Assembly: GCF_006345805.1 (NCBI RefSeq)
Contig: NC_043022.1
Span: 16,244,001 to 16,308,000, forward strand
DNA from: Octopus sinensis
Taxonomy: Eukaryota
DNA length: 64,000 nucleotides
Direction of reading: 5' to 3'
The position numbers were made by a program, and so were the translations under genes. Shown piece after piece: positions 1 to 13,077 of this stretch (position 1 is the stretch's first letter; the number at the start of each line of letters is the position of its first letter). The notes beneath the pieces were generated by a model. It saw nothing but the letters and a program-made list of their open reading frames with translations, had not been told where the DNA came from and did no database searches.

Positions 1-187
1 ACTGATACAAAGACACACACACACACACACATGATGGGCTTCTTCCAGTTTCTGCCTAACAGATCCACTCACAAGGTTTTGCTCAACCCAGGGCTATAGT
101 AGAAGGCATTTGCCCCAAGTGCCATGCAGTGGGACTGAACCCAGAGTCATGTAATTGGGAAGTAAGCTTCTTACCACACAGCCACAG
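1..187 (-). mobile_element. SINE family A, 5' half (tRNA-like head, CORE-like segment, running into the internal CA microsatellite)
   Basis: Reverse complement matches the 5' half of the full copies at 29565-29986 and 55306-55705. Confidence 0.85.
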
Positions 188-1380
188 TCAAGGTGCCTGA
201 CTCTTGTTGTCTTAGTCCACCTGTTTATTCTCAGTCACTGACCAGCTCTCCTTGATCATTTTTTAAGCCATCTTTTTATCAATTGCACTATTCACCCCAC
301 CCCACCCCACGTTTCACACTAAACATTTTGCCAAGCACTACTAAGACATTTCAAATTCTTTGGCATATTACAATATTTTTCCTTACCCACCTTTTTTTTT
401 TTTCCTTTAAATATTGATAAAAGTGAAATTCATAAGGCTGCAGAAGAAAAAAAGTAACTTTATTTGAACTTAAATTTACTTTGCAGTTGAATGATTGTGT
501 TACAACAAAGGCTTTGTGATTTTCTTTTTTAAATTTGCAGAACTATCCCTATCATTCTAGCATGGAGATTACAATTTAAAAAAATTAATAATAAATAAAG
601 TAATTCTTTCAAGTTATATGTTTGCAAAAGTTTGAATTTTTGTTCAGTAGGCTGAAAATTTAAAAATAGAAACATTTGATTTTAGGTTTTCTCTAAAAAG
701 AAAAATGAAGCAATTTGTTGCTTCATTTTTTTAGATTACCAATTTTTTTTAGTTCTTCAATTCAAATACTTTGTTAAAACATATTATTCTGACAAAGTAA
801 TTCATCCTTGAAAACCTCTCCAACACTTAACAGAGTTGCAGAGTTGTACAAGGTTTGTCTGGTTACCGATGAGTTCAAATCAGAGTACCCCATAGGAAAG
901 GGAAGGGGGTCTATAGGGAAGCTGTACTATTGTGGAAAGGATAAGTTTTGATGTAGTTCTTGAGCCTCAGATCGACCCTTATTCCTTACCACTCCAAGCA
1001 GTGCAACTAGGACCATATTCTTCAATGTGCTCTTTCCATTTTAAGGTGGCAGGGTGTGATTCATTGAAGATTTAGCTGTTATTTCTAGGAGGTTGAGTGA
1101 CTGTTTATAGAGGGGGTCCCAATCTTTTCCCCTCCAAAGATCCCTTTTATTTAAATGAATTTTTCCATGGTCCCGAGGCTTTTGAGAGTTCTACCTATTC
1201 CTCACAAACCGTCAGTAGTTCTTTTGTTGTTCCCCAAGGGTTCTCAGACCCTAGATTATGAATCACTAACATAGAGGCAACCCTTTGAGATATTTGTTAT
1301 TTTGCAAGGTGTAGGCATGACTCTGATTGAAAAGTTTAGTTCCCTTGTTCTTACACAATATACCTACTGGTATATTGAAA

Positions 1381-1607
1381 GGCGGCGAGCTGGCAGAAAC
1401 ATTAAGCATGCCGGGCGAAATGCGTTGCCGTATTTCGTCTGCCGTTACGTTCCGAGTTCAAATTCCACCGAGGTCGACTTTGCCTTTCATCCTTCCGGGG
1501 TCGATAAATTAAGTACCAGTTGCGCACTGGGGTCGATGTAATCGACTTAATCCGTTTGTCTGTCTCCTCTGTGTTTAGCCCCTTGTGGGTAGTAAAGAAA
1601 TAAATAT
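1381..1607 (+). mobile_element. SINE family B, young copy (tRNA-like head, Meta-domain-like centre)
   Basis: GGCGGCGAGCTGGCAGAA head, B-box-like GAGTTCAAATTCC, central GACTTTGCCTTTCATCCTTCCGGGGTCGATAAATTAAGTACCAG, CpGs retained. Older copies occur at about 4020, 10260, 39270, 41455, 44000-44650, 52720-53290 and 58030. The Meta-domain label is from recollection. Confidence 0.85.
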
Positions 1608-2850
1608 ACCTACTGGCAAGTTACAGTCAAAACTATTGAGCTTGTATGAAAATGCCAGAAATTGCCAAAGTGTCTGGAAGGATCTCCAGGCCTCACAGTA
1701 CCATGTAACTCCGTGTGTCTCCTGACCATAAAACATCATTCCAGATGCTTGCACTGCATCATGACACAATGTTGACACCTCCGCCAGTTGTCCTCATTGG
1801 TTTCCTGTCCCCAACTTTGAGGTTGTGGAGTTGAAGGTTATTTATTTCTTCCATGTTTCCTTTGAACAAATAAAAGCATGCCATGAAATATACATAGACA
1901 CACATATTTAATGTGTATGTGCACACATTATTGAATGGCTGTTGGCTTACCTGAATTTACCTTCCTCTTGTTTCTCATCCTGCTGGGTATCCACAGTCAC
2001 CCTCTTCATCAAACAAGCTTGGTAATAGTTATCAGTTTAGTCACTGATGACCCAACCATGCAACAAATAGTACTGGGTTACATGCTACTAGTACAAACAG
2101 TCTGACATAATATATTTATATATGTATATATTTTCTTGGAAGATTACAAACAGTTGACACTGATGGAAATTCTAACCCACCCATGCCCACCCATGTGTAT
2201 GTATGTGTGTGTGTGAGAGAGAGAGACAACAGGAAGGGCATGTGACTATAGAAAGTCTGCTTTGACAAATTTTGCCTGACTCGTGTAGCATGGCAAAGAG
2301 AAAGTTAAAATGATGTTGATTTTTTTTTTTTGTTAGTCATTTTAAAAGTAACCAGCCCCCTATATAGGCATGAGGAAATGAAAAAAAATAGAAAGAAAAA
2401 AAAATCACTTATTTTAAAAATTGATAGAAATGTTTTGAATTAGCATACAGTTGAGCCCTTGCCAACATCGAAAGACAGATGTAAATATATTCAATTAACT
2501 TCAGAAGCTGCTTTTATAAGACTGCATTAATTATTCATTGTTTTCTCTGTTACTGGTTAAGTTTTGTTTTAACTAAAGAAAACATATTTTTATCTACTCA
2601 TTCATTATTTATGTTCATTCTTGCATGCTGCTCTAAGTTTGATAGGTCTGCAAATTCAGACATTTGTATGAATTATTAGTTTGACTGACTACTGGATGGA
2701 TTTATTCATGACAGCCTCCTCTTGTGTGAGAGCTTTAATTATTTTAAAGTTGACTAAAGTAAAACCAGGCACTGATACTTTTTCTAAACTGAACAACAAC
2801 TTTCAAATGACCATTTATATATTTGCTTCTTATAAATATACAGTGAAAGC

Positions 2851-3165
2851 ATGTGGCTTGGTGGTTTGGGCATTTGGCTCATGATCAATAAGGTTGTGAG
2901 TTTGATACTTAGCAGTGCATTGTGTCCTTGAGCAAGACACTTTGTTTCATATTGCTCCAGTCCGTCCAGTTGGCAAAAATGAATTGTACCTGTATTTTAA
3001 AGGGTCAACCTTGTCATATTCTGTATCATGCTGTATCTCCCCAAGCACTACATTAAGGGTACACGTGTCTATGGGGTGTTCAGCCCCTTGCATGTTAATT
3101 TCATGAGCAGGCTGTTCTGTTTATCAGATCAACTGGAACCCCCACTGTAACCAACAGACTTCCTG
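2851..3165 (+). mobile_element. SINE family D (tRNA-like head, ends ...GATCAACTGGAACCC...)
   Basis: Homologous to copies at 33985-34320 (-), 45070-45420 (-), 52332-52640 (+) and 55191-55915 (+). Confidence 0.8.
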
Positions 3166-3183
3166 TATAAATATACATACACA

Positions 3184-3376
3184 TGTGCTGGTGGCATGTA
3201 AAAAGCACCTGCTACACTCTCAGAGTGGTTGGCATTAGGAAGGGCATCCAGCTGTAGAAACACTGCCAGATCAGATTGGAGACTGGTGCAGCCTCTTGGC
3301 TTGCCAGTCCTCAGTCAAACCACCCAACCCATGCCAGCATTGAAAGCAGATGTTAAACCATGATGATGATGATGAT
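3184..3376 (+). mobile_element. Repeat family C: RTE-type 3' tail ending in (GAT)n
   Basis: GGTTGGCATTAGGAAGGGCATCCAGCTGTAGAAAC...CAACCCATGCCAGCAT...(GAT)n. Further copies at about 8108 (-), 8410, 10825, 17640, 18340 (-), 21555 (-) and 37990. Confidence 0.8.
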
Positions 3377-4692
3377 TAAGGCCCAGTAACATTGCTAAGG
3401 AGCAAGGGCTTAGAGGCAGTCCACTTGGGTGATACTTTCATTGGAGTAGCCCCTGAGTCTGCTGCATAAGCCTGTGTAGGGAGTGCAAATACAAGGGCTG
3501 CTCCAGGCAGCACACACTCTAGCTTTGCTACTGGCAAGGCAGCCTCAACCTGAATACTGAACCTGTTGAGAACAGCAGCCAGATTTCCCTCCCATCACTC
3601 TGTACTCTTTTAAATAAGACAACGACACATTAGATGATGTAGTCCTGCCCCACTCAACTTCCTTAAAAGATATTTACAACTGTAACACCTTTGATCTTAT
3701 CTCTGCTCAGTGAGGATTGAAATGGGGTTAAACAGCAGTAACAAATATGGAGTTAGATCTAATAGATTCTTATTGATTTTATTTTGTTTGTATAGAAATT
3801 GCTGTGAAAGGTGGAACTGTATAGAAAACTCTGGTATTCTAGCCATTCTAAAGAACTCTGTAGATTGACATAAAAAGTACAGTACACACTTAATTCACTG
3901 GTTACCCTTCTCAAAGTGCTGTGTACTGAAACTGAACCTGAAATCATGTGGTTGCTAAGCAAGCTTCTTAACCACACAGCCATGCCTGTGCCTCCCTTTC
4001 TTTTGGGTCACTGTAGCAAATTACCATTTAGTAATTTATTGGTGTTTTACAGAGGCATAAGGTCTGAAAGTTTGGGGGAGAGGACAGTCAATTATATTGA
4101 CCCCAATGTTTGACTGGTACTTTATTTTATTGATCCCAGAGGGATGAAAAGTAAAGTTAGCCTTGGCAGATTTTGAACATATAACATAAAAAGTCATAAT
4201 TGACTTTGTAATATAATGATAATTTTTTTTCCCCAAAACAGCAACTGTACTCAAACACGCACCTGTCAGCCAGTCCTCATAAATCTTAATTAATTGTCTT
4301 AATGAACTGTTCATGAAAGTGAACCGAAAATGAGCAAGCAAACTATTATTGACAAGTTCATCTATCTGCCTGGTGCAACTATAAGTAATGCATTCCAGTT
4401 ATTCTACTGCAATGTCTGTGATCAGAGCCGTAGTCTCCAGAGTTTACATGGCTTGATTTCTGGAAAGCAGTCTCCTATGTTTCTCACTATTAAAAGACAT
4501 CTAATGTTAAGATGTATATAAACATACACATCACCATTTTTTTATGCTTACTTTGTATGTTGGCATAGGTTAGATGAGTTGTCACTGCTCTCCTAGAGAA
4601 AAGAAATTGTAGGACCACATATTGTTCATTAGTTTAATCTAAAAAATAATTTTTGGCTTGGTTTTTGCAGTTGGATGCTCTTCAAAACACCA

Positions 4693-4914
4693 ACCAGTTT
4701 AGCATTTAGCTTTCTCTGTCAAATTTGTTGCTTCTTTATTCATATTGCTTTGAATTCATCTTGCCTTAGCTTGTAGCTTTGAGATTTCAATGATATGTTT
4801 GTTTATTTTTACAATGACATTGTAGTGTAGGTATGAGAAGCCTGATCTGGTCAGTTTGGACATAAAACAGACAGAACATTTTGGCCGGATATGGCCAGTT
4901 TGAATGCTAAAGAG
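4693..4914. mobile_element. Degenerate copy of TTAA MITE family 1
   Basis: Internal sequence and right end (AATGCTAAAGAG-TTAG) align with 13078-13299. Confidence 0.75.
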
Positions 4915-5509
4915 TTAGAGTACTTGGTATATTTTATTGTGGCTCCAGCACTAGAAAGTTTGTCTCATCTTTTACAAGATTAAATGGTCGTCTTGACCCC
5001 ACAACTAAAAGAATGTCTTGGCTGCATGTGTGTTGAGTGGGTCAATCTATTAACATTTCTATTAAATTTTTTGTAAGTTAAATTTCTCACATGAATAATG
5101 TTTACTTCTGTTTCTTCTAAATTTTTTAATAAGATTTCAATGAGTAGAGCTTTTTCATATTTTTTTCAGCACCCTGGTGTCATGCAAGTGGCACCTGTGC
5201 TGGTGGCACTTAAAAGCATTCATTACACTCTGCTTAGATGAAAAGATATTACAAGCAGGACATAGTTTATGTTATTGGTTTCAAATTTTGGCTCCAGGAC
5301 AGCAATTTCAGGAGAGTGGGGTCAGTCGATTACATTGACTCCAGTGTTCTGCCAGTTTGCTGCCTTAGTTTGTTATATTGACTATTCAATGTGGAAGTAA
5401 GAGTGATGTCTTTGACTACAACATAAAATGTGCCTTATTTGGTGGTACCACAGGATTACTACAAGAGCTGTGTAGGGTCAACGTAAAGATTACATAGTCA
5501 TTTCTCCAG

Positions 5510-5543
5510 GTTTGAAACTTCACTGTTGCATTTCTTCATAAAC
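5510..5543 (+). other. Candidate 34-nt exon
   Basis: TCATTTCTCCAG acceptor and GTGAGT donor; one open frame (FETSLLHFFIN). No recognisable homology. Confidence 0.2.
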
Positions 5544-6432
5544 GTGAGTGAAATTGGATCGTAATTAATTGTTAAGATGGTATTTGTTAAATCACATATT
5601 AAAAGTTGCCAGACCTGCTAATATATCGCTAATTGGCAAAAACTCAAAGCTACAAACTTTACAATATAAAACCAAAGTTTAACATGTCCAACTGAACTGG
5701 TCACATTGCTACAAGCTGTTGGTAAATCTTTGCCATAAACTAACACTGAACTTAATCATTCTATACAAAAATGAAATAGGTTGACTTGAAGTCTGTGATA
5801 TAACGAACAATTCAATTAAGAATGAATTGCTTAGAATTGAAATGGTTATAGGTTATAGCATTGATTGGATTAGAAGAAAGTAGTTATGAAAATTTTCCAT
5901 TTCTAATTACAGCATCTCCATGAAATCTTCGTCAGTTCTAGATGAATACAACAGACAGATCTAAGTTAGATTAGTCAGTGTTGTTAGTGAATTTAATGGA
6001 GTTACATTCTACTCTTCTATAGCTTACTAACTCTCTTAAAACATTTTATATCTAACTTTGCATAAAGGCATCATAGCTGAATTAGTAGTTGTCTTTGTGA
6101 ATGTTAACTCTTGCTTAGCAATGATTTCTTCAAAGCAGCAAATTAAAGGCATCTTCTCTTTTATACGGCAATAACGTTAGACTGAGTTAATGTTTCAGCA
6201 AAGATGTTCTCTACTTTGGCTTGTAAAGAAAGAAATGTTTGAATCTGTTTTAGTGACTGATAGTCAAGGTTCACTATTTGTTTTCTGCTTGTGGAATACA
6301 TCGTTGTTATCTATCAATAAGATTCTAGCAATATTTTCATGCAATCATCTTCTATTCAACAACTTAATTCCTCACTAAATGTCAGCTTGCAGCCATGAAA
6401 GCTTCAAATCATTGATCCTGTTACATGTATTG

Positions 6433-6435
<3 letters not shown>

Positions 6436-6490
<55 letters not shown>
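6436..6490. repeat. (CT)n microsatellite
   Basis: Direct reading. Confidence 0.95.
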
Positions 6491-6491
<1 letters not shown>

Positions 6492-8073
6492 CCGCTTCCT
6501 CCCCGCTCTCTCTTCTCTTTACCATTTTATCACCTCTTCGTATTTCAATTTGAATTTCTTTTAACTTTCAACATTTCTGGTAGCAAGTACAGAAGTACAA
6601 AAAGTACAGACAAATAGTGTGACCTGGTTTCAATTCCTGTCAGGACAAATTCATTTTATTTGCACAACTAACTCCTTTGGGGAAAAACACGAGCACTAAC
6701 ACTTTCGATATTGTCTCAGACTTAAAAATCTCAGACTTTTTTTTTTTTATCTAAAACTCACAATTCTTTTCCTTTTCTCTATTTCTTTCCCTTCCATTCA
6801 AATTAACTTTCTCGTCACATGTCTTTCTTTGGTGATGTCTTAAACTCTTTAAATATATCTCAGCTTCATGTTGAATATTGAAAATGTGAGAGTGTTAGCA
6901 TGGAAATCTGGTGTTATTCTTCTCATCAATTAAATTCCTAGTCATGCTGCTTCAGAGAATTGGTCCATTTAAAGAAGCACACTCAAAGAAGAATCTCATG
7001 CAAATTTGCAAAAGTAACTCATCGTGAGCAAAGAATATAAAACAGTTTAAAAACAACAAATATCCTTTTCTAGTTAACATTTCGGTTCCTCTCTACCTGC
7101 AACTGTCCACCATCATCACATCATTCTCATTATCACTGTTTTAACATCAACGTTCCCTTGCCAGTATGATTTGAAGAGGCCTTTAATGCACACACTCTCT
7201 CTCTTTCAATCCGTCTTCATGGTGGGTCATCTCATCTTTTAGGCTTAATATTTCCAGGCCAAATTTAATTTCTTTTCACCAATATTTTCTGTACTCTACA
7301 TTCATTGCAGGTAAAAAGCAATTTCATCAAATGTAACTGGCTTTCAGCTTCCATAAATCATTCATTAATATTTCACAATTGTGTCTCCGGAGCCCATCAG
7401 CCAATGTCTTTTATTACCCACTCACTTCTATACGCTGTCACTTTCTACACTCATTCCTCAAAAAAAAGCTTCAGATTTTTGTTGCTTCTCAAAAGCAACC
7501 ACCATGCTGGTATTTGGTCTTTTATCTCTTACTTGTTTCAGTCATGGGGCTGTGGCCATACTGCAGCACTGTCTCGAGGGGTTTAGTTGAGCAAATTGAC
7601 CCCAGTACTTACGTTTTTAAGTTTGGTTCTTATCCTATTGGTTTTCTTTTGCTGAATTGTTAAGTCACAGGGATATAAACAAACCAGCACCTTACTCCCT
7701 GCAATTTTGATTCGTTGTGATTACCTGCTCATCTACTTCAAACGCAACAAGGCTGGCTACCAGGAACCTAAACAGCTTAGCCTTTTCTATATAAATAGAA
7801 CAAGCAGACAGACAGACAGACAAATGTCTCACTCCACACACACTCTCTCTTTCTCTCTCTCTCACACACACACACACTGAAATGAAGTGACAGTATGGGG
7901 GGAAGATAAGAATAGATGATAGTGATAGTGAGAGATATTGAGTGAATGAGTGGGGGAGTGAGAGAGAAAGTGAAAGAAAGACTGAACGATATGTCTATAT
8001 ATCTTTATGGATCACCATACACTCTTCTCCCCCCTCCAAACATATAACCTCCATCTATCCATTTTCTCTGCAT

Positions 8074-8107
<34 letters not shown>

Positions 8108-8110
<3 letters not shown>

Positions 8111-8382
8111 TCATCATCATCATCATCATCGTTTAACGTCCGCTTTCCATGCTAGCATGGGTTGGACGGTTCAACTGGGGTCTGGGGAGCCCGAAGGCTG
8201 CACCAGGCCAGTCAGATCTGGCAGTGTTTCTACAGCTGGATGCTCTTCCTAACGCCAACCACTCCGAGAGTGTAGTGGGTGATTTTATGTGCCACCGACA
8301 CAGGTGCCAGACGAGGCTGGCAAACGGCCACGCTCGGATGGTGTTTTTTATGTACCACCGACACAGGTGCCAGACGAGGCTG
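8108..8382 (-). mobile_element. Young family C copy with an internal ~37-bp tandem duplication
   Basis: (CAT)n tail at 8108-8130, CpG-rich body, and TTTTATGT(G/A)CCACCGACACAGGTGCCAGACGAGGCTG present twice. Confidence 0.85.
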
Positions 8383-8623
8383 ATATATATATATATATAT
8401 ATCACTTGAACTAAAAAGCATCCAGTACCCTGTGTAAAGTAGTTGGCATTGGGGAGGGCATTCAGCTGAAGAAACCATACCAGACCAGATACGGGAGCTT
8501 GGTGCAGTCCTCTGGCTCACCAGCTCCTATCAAACCATCCAATCCATGCCAGCATGGAAAATGAACTATTGCATCACCTGGTTTAGTGATGCTGTTGCGA
8601 AAACCATGACCATGACTGCTTAC

Positions 8624-8647
8624 CGTTTTCTCTTCAAGCTTCGTTGT
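8624..8647 (-). other. Candidate 24-nt frame-preserving micro-exon
   Basis: Minus strand reads ATTTGTTATGTAG|ACAACGAAGCTTGAAGAGAAAACG|GTAAGC (TTKLEEKT or QRSLKRK). Confidence 0.3.
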
Positions 8648-8851
8648 CTACATAACAAATAATGGTTGCCAATTGTATACATCTGAGTGCTCAGTGTATC
8701 GATTCATGTATTCCTGGCTGCGAATCTTTATCTCAGTCTATTTGTTTTTACCTGTACTCAAAACTAATCTTAGCTATTAAGCAAAGCAGCAAATGCACTC
8801 ATACCTGCACATGCATATGCGCGTTTGCACACTCACACATGCATTTGCATA

Positions 8852-8884
<33 letters not shown>

Positions 8885-9179
8885 CATGCGTGCATATATG
8901 TAAACATACTTGCTCATTCATACAAGTATATTTGTCTATTCATACATAAATATCTGCACATTCAAACACACGTGTACATACACACACTCATACACACAAA
9001 CTTACACACACATACACATATACTTACTTATTCATCTGCATATACCTGCACACTCATACACACACTTATGTGGCTTCAACCATGCCAACATCTGTCTTTC
9101 ATGTTGTGTACTGTATTTAAAGTAAAAAGTTTTTACCATTACTTTTATCCAGAAATCAGATTCTTTTGTTCAATTATTC

Positions 9180-9181
<2 letters not shown>

Positions 9182-9240
<59 letters not shown>
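9182..9240. repeat. (TG)n microsatellite
   Basis: Direct reading. Confidence 0.95.
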
Positions 9241-9242
<2 letters not shown>

Positions 9243-9764
9243 CTGTATACACAAGTGTTTTTGTGTATGCTCTTCATGAAATTAATGGAGTTGTCTCTTT
9301 CATTTTGCGTTGAATATTATAGTCTTGTGTTCTATATCTAAATAGTATAAAGAAAATTATGTCAGTATGCTGCACAAATCCGATGTGTTTCTTCTTTTTA
9401 TTGTAGACTCAAATAGTAAAAATAAAATATGAACATGGAACATTTTTCTGCTGTAAGATTAAATTTTTACAAAGATAAACTAGTAAAGTTAGGATATTTT
9501 ATTTCCGGTACCCTATTTCTAGAAGATACCATTGAAATTTTAATTCTGTCACTGATAGATATCATTAGACTGCTGAAATAGATATGTGCACAGGTGAAAT
9601 TTTATTTCTAATAAACATGCTATCTTGGCTGGAGGTAAATTGAAATGCCATGTGTTATATATACTCAGACCGGAGCAGAAGCAGCTGCATCTAGTGTGCT
9701 GGTATAATACAGTAACAAATCTTTAATTAGTCTGTCTCTATCTAACACAGATTATGGTCATTTC

Positions 9765-9845
9765 AGATCCTTTGAGATTAGATTGCTAATGGCAGTCTAT
9801 TTTCTAATTTCAGGCAACCAATTGCAGTCTAATCTCAGATGATCT
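9765..9845 (+). ncRNA. Pre-miRNA-like hairpin (candidate)
   Basis: 9765-9792 pairs with 9818-9845 at 25 of 28 positions without indels (16 consecutive pairs, 2 G-U); 25-nt terminal region; non-repetitive context. Confidence 0.3.
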
Positions 9846-11095
9846 AACTTAATTTAAAATGGAGCTTAACAGGTCCCTTCTTTGTTTCAGTGAGTTTTCA
9901 CTCATGCAATCATATTCCACACAAATGTTTCATGACTTTATATTAATATGAATATAAGAAGTATTCCCTTAGTAATAAAAATAGATTATTTTGTCCTTTT
10001 TATTTTTGGTTTCAGTCACTGGGCTGCTGCCATGCTGGAGCACTGCATTCAAAGGTTTAACACGATTATATTTTCTCAGATAATTACTTCATCAAAGATG
10101 GCAAAGTTAGCCTATGCATAAAACGATGTAACTGGAGTGGAACCAAATACCACAAGGTAGTTTTAATCCAATGCACTGATTTCTGTTCAGTCCTCTCTTA
10201 CTGGTTTATTTTTGTGTGTTCACACACACACACACACACCTTACAAAATAATAAATGACCTTTTCTACTATAGATAAAAGGTTTGAAATTTTTGGGTGGT
10301 GGGTCTAGTCAGTTACATTGACCCCTGCGTTCACTTAGTACTTATTTTATTGATCCTGGAATGATGAGAGGCAAAATTGAACTCAGAACATAAAGCTGGA
10401 ATCAATGCCACAAAGCATTTGTCCAGAGTGCTAACAATTCTGCCAGCTCTCCACCTTACAAATTATAAATAATAAATCTCACTTGTGGTCATGTAAAGTT
10501 ACCAGACAGTTTCATGCAAGTCCATTTTCCCAGCACTACCAAGCAAGACTGCACAATCATCAGACCTGTTTGACCAGTGATGTACAACATTTCCTATTCA
10601 GTTAGGCAAATGTAAAACAAGCTGGTTAGCTTTAGGAAACCCAGACTATGAAACTGTGGAAAAGATGAATTTATCAAAATCCCTTTAGGTGAAGACTTTC
10701 AGAGTTATTTCTCTTGCAATGACTGAGAAAAATTACATTAGAAAGTGTGGAAGTGAGGGGGAGAGGTAAGCCATGTAAATTTATTCCATCTACACACACA
10801 CATATCATATATATATAGAGAGAGGCAAAGTGGCTGAGTTCCTTTCAAGCATTAGGCCTCACGGAGGCAAGGACCAAGACCTTTGACATTATGTTGTGCT
10901 TGAGAAGAAGACCTATCAAGCTGAGCAAAATCACAGTCGTGGCAGATACTGGTGTCACACAAATTGGCAGCCATGCCGGTGGCATGTAAACACACACCTA
11001 GTGTCATGTAAATGGCACTCATGCTGGTGGCACGTAAAAGCACCTATTACACTCTTGGAGTGATTGGTCTTAGGAAGGGTGATGATGTGAGTGTG

Positions 11096-11153
<58 letters not shown>

Positions 11154-11154
11154 A

Positions 11155-11274
11155 TTGGTCTGCTCGCTTAGCCAGCGGGGTGGCGTCATTTGAAGGCTAA
11201 AACAATGCGAACGCATTGTGACCAGCGATGTGTAACAACATCTGATGGTCTGGTCGGTCCCGTGATCCCGTGAT
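11155..11274 (+). mobile_element. Retroelement 3' end with (CCCGTGAT)2 tail inserted in (TA)n
   Basis: CpG-rich 120-bp insert flanked on both sides by (TA)n, nested inside a family C copy. Confidence 0.55.
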
Positions 11275-12122
11275 ATATATATATATATATATATACATTG
11301 GAGCTTGACACACACCTCTGGCTTGTAGACCCCTGTCAAGCCATTCAACCCATACCAGTATGGAAAATGGATGTTAAATGAGGATGATGATGACGATGAC
11401 AATGAGGGTTTGGGTGCAGCATAGAGGGATCCGACCTGCAAGCAAACTGTTGCAAAGCTAACTACTTAACCACACTGTTGTATCTCTCCATCTATAAATA
11501 TTGTGAAGATTGCAAAACTCTAATTACCATTTCAAATTGCAGGACATCATATTGTTTTCCTTCTTGGAAACAGTGACTGAATGGATAAGGTTGACTGGTG
11601 ACTCCAAAGATATTAGATCATACCTTATTGCATTTTGTCTTCAACTCATTTCTTGAAGACAATTGCTGATATCTCGACTTATTACATTTTCATAGTCTCT
11701 TCATAGACGATGTAATAATATTCTGAATATTTAATAAATTATTCCAAGTCTGCAACTGTTTCTATAACAGCATTTGTTAAAATGATAAAACTTGCAGTAG
11801 TTCTAAAACAAAAATTGTTCATGTTTCCCATATATCAAACATATCTCTCGAATACATTTGTTGTTAAACAAGACGCAGAGACTGCTATCAATCGCTTAGA
11901 TCTTAACCAGCTAAGATATTTGAAAATTGTTCTGTAGTTTTGTTGTTTTTTTTTTATATAATGTACAAAGATTATAATATTGTAGTCATAGTTTAAACTT
12001 CACTATTGATTTATAAAGCAGCCTGAATCGAGAAAATCAATATGGAATGGCATTTAATGAAGGAAAAATTGAATGTATTGTATCTGCCATGTTTATTGGA
12101 AAACTTTTTCAAGTCTCCACTT

Positions 12123-12161
<39 letters not shown>

Positions 12162-13077
12162 CATACACACACACACACTTACGTACAGACATACATGTAT
12201 ATATATATATATATTTAAATAAAACACAGACTCACACACATGTACAAATATGCATGAAATAAGGTGCTATTTTTTTTTTTTTATAATTTAATGAAAATAT
12301 TTTCTTCTTTTTGTGTAAAAAAATTTTTTTTTTAAATTGTGGTCAGGTGATCGGTTGAAATAGGACAACAAACAGGAAAAGTAATATTTCTGAATTGAAA
12401 TGAACTCATTTGCATTATTTAGATAGAACAGTCGTTAAACATTTGCTGCTGAAAGAGATTCGCTAAAAGCAGATAATGACTAAAAACATTTGTGAAACAA
12501 AAAAAAAAACACGTTTGTAAAGTATTTAGTGTTGGTAATGTAACAGTTGTGAAAGAAATTGTTGCTTAAAATCTTACATTTGTTTGCTAAGTAAAAGATT
12601 TTGACAGACTTGTCTGGAAAACAATAATATTCAGACTTAACCATCAATAGTGATAATAATTAACTAAGTGCTTAATTAAAAAATTTAGTTAGGAATTCAT
12701 TGAAACGCTATCGTTTGACTAGTTTTACTTTTAAACAAAGCATGTACCCCCTTGAAATCCCTGCTGTCATGCACCTTCTAAAGTGTTTGGTGGGAACTGA
12801 TGTAAAGTAGGGTTGAGCCGTACCTTAGTCCTGTCTTGCTGAAGATCTCTCTACATTGGTAAGAAGAAAATGTAAAGTGGATGGTCTGTGAGTGGAGAAA
12901 GCATAGGGTTTTGAGATCTCTTTTGCCCTACATTAGCCCACTTTTACTGTATTTCTGTTGAAATACACTGTCTTTGTTTCAATTTTTTTTTAAATGATGA
13001 AGTTAGCAAAATAACTTTGTTTCAAGCATAGATTAACATGGAATTTTGATGGAAGGTTTTAATTTAGATCCCTTTAA

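Noticed and set aside
2044-2080. Other CTGATGA motifs checked as hammerhead cores (2045, 39672 minus, 52276 minus, 63125)
   Set aside because: None has a stem II followed by GAAA.
3380-3600. GC-richer stretch with a ~70-codon open frame on the minus strand
   Set aside because: No splice sites or start codon. It is contiguous with a dispersed repeat also seen at about 1040, 30430 and 56030, so it is likely TE-derived.
5380-6430. Non-repetitive block that might be a decayed ORF
   Set aside because: Frequent stops in the frames I translated and no diagnostic RT, endonuclease or transposase motif found.
11574-11640. Bulged hairpin, miRNA-like
   Set aside because: It needs three bulges and many G-U pairs; this level is expected by chance in AT-rich DNA.
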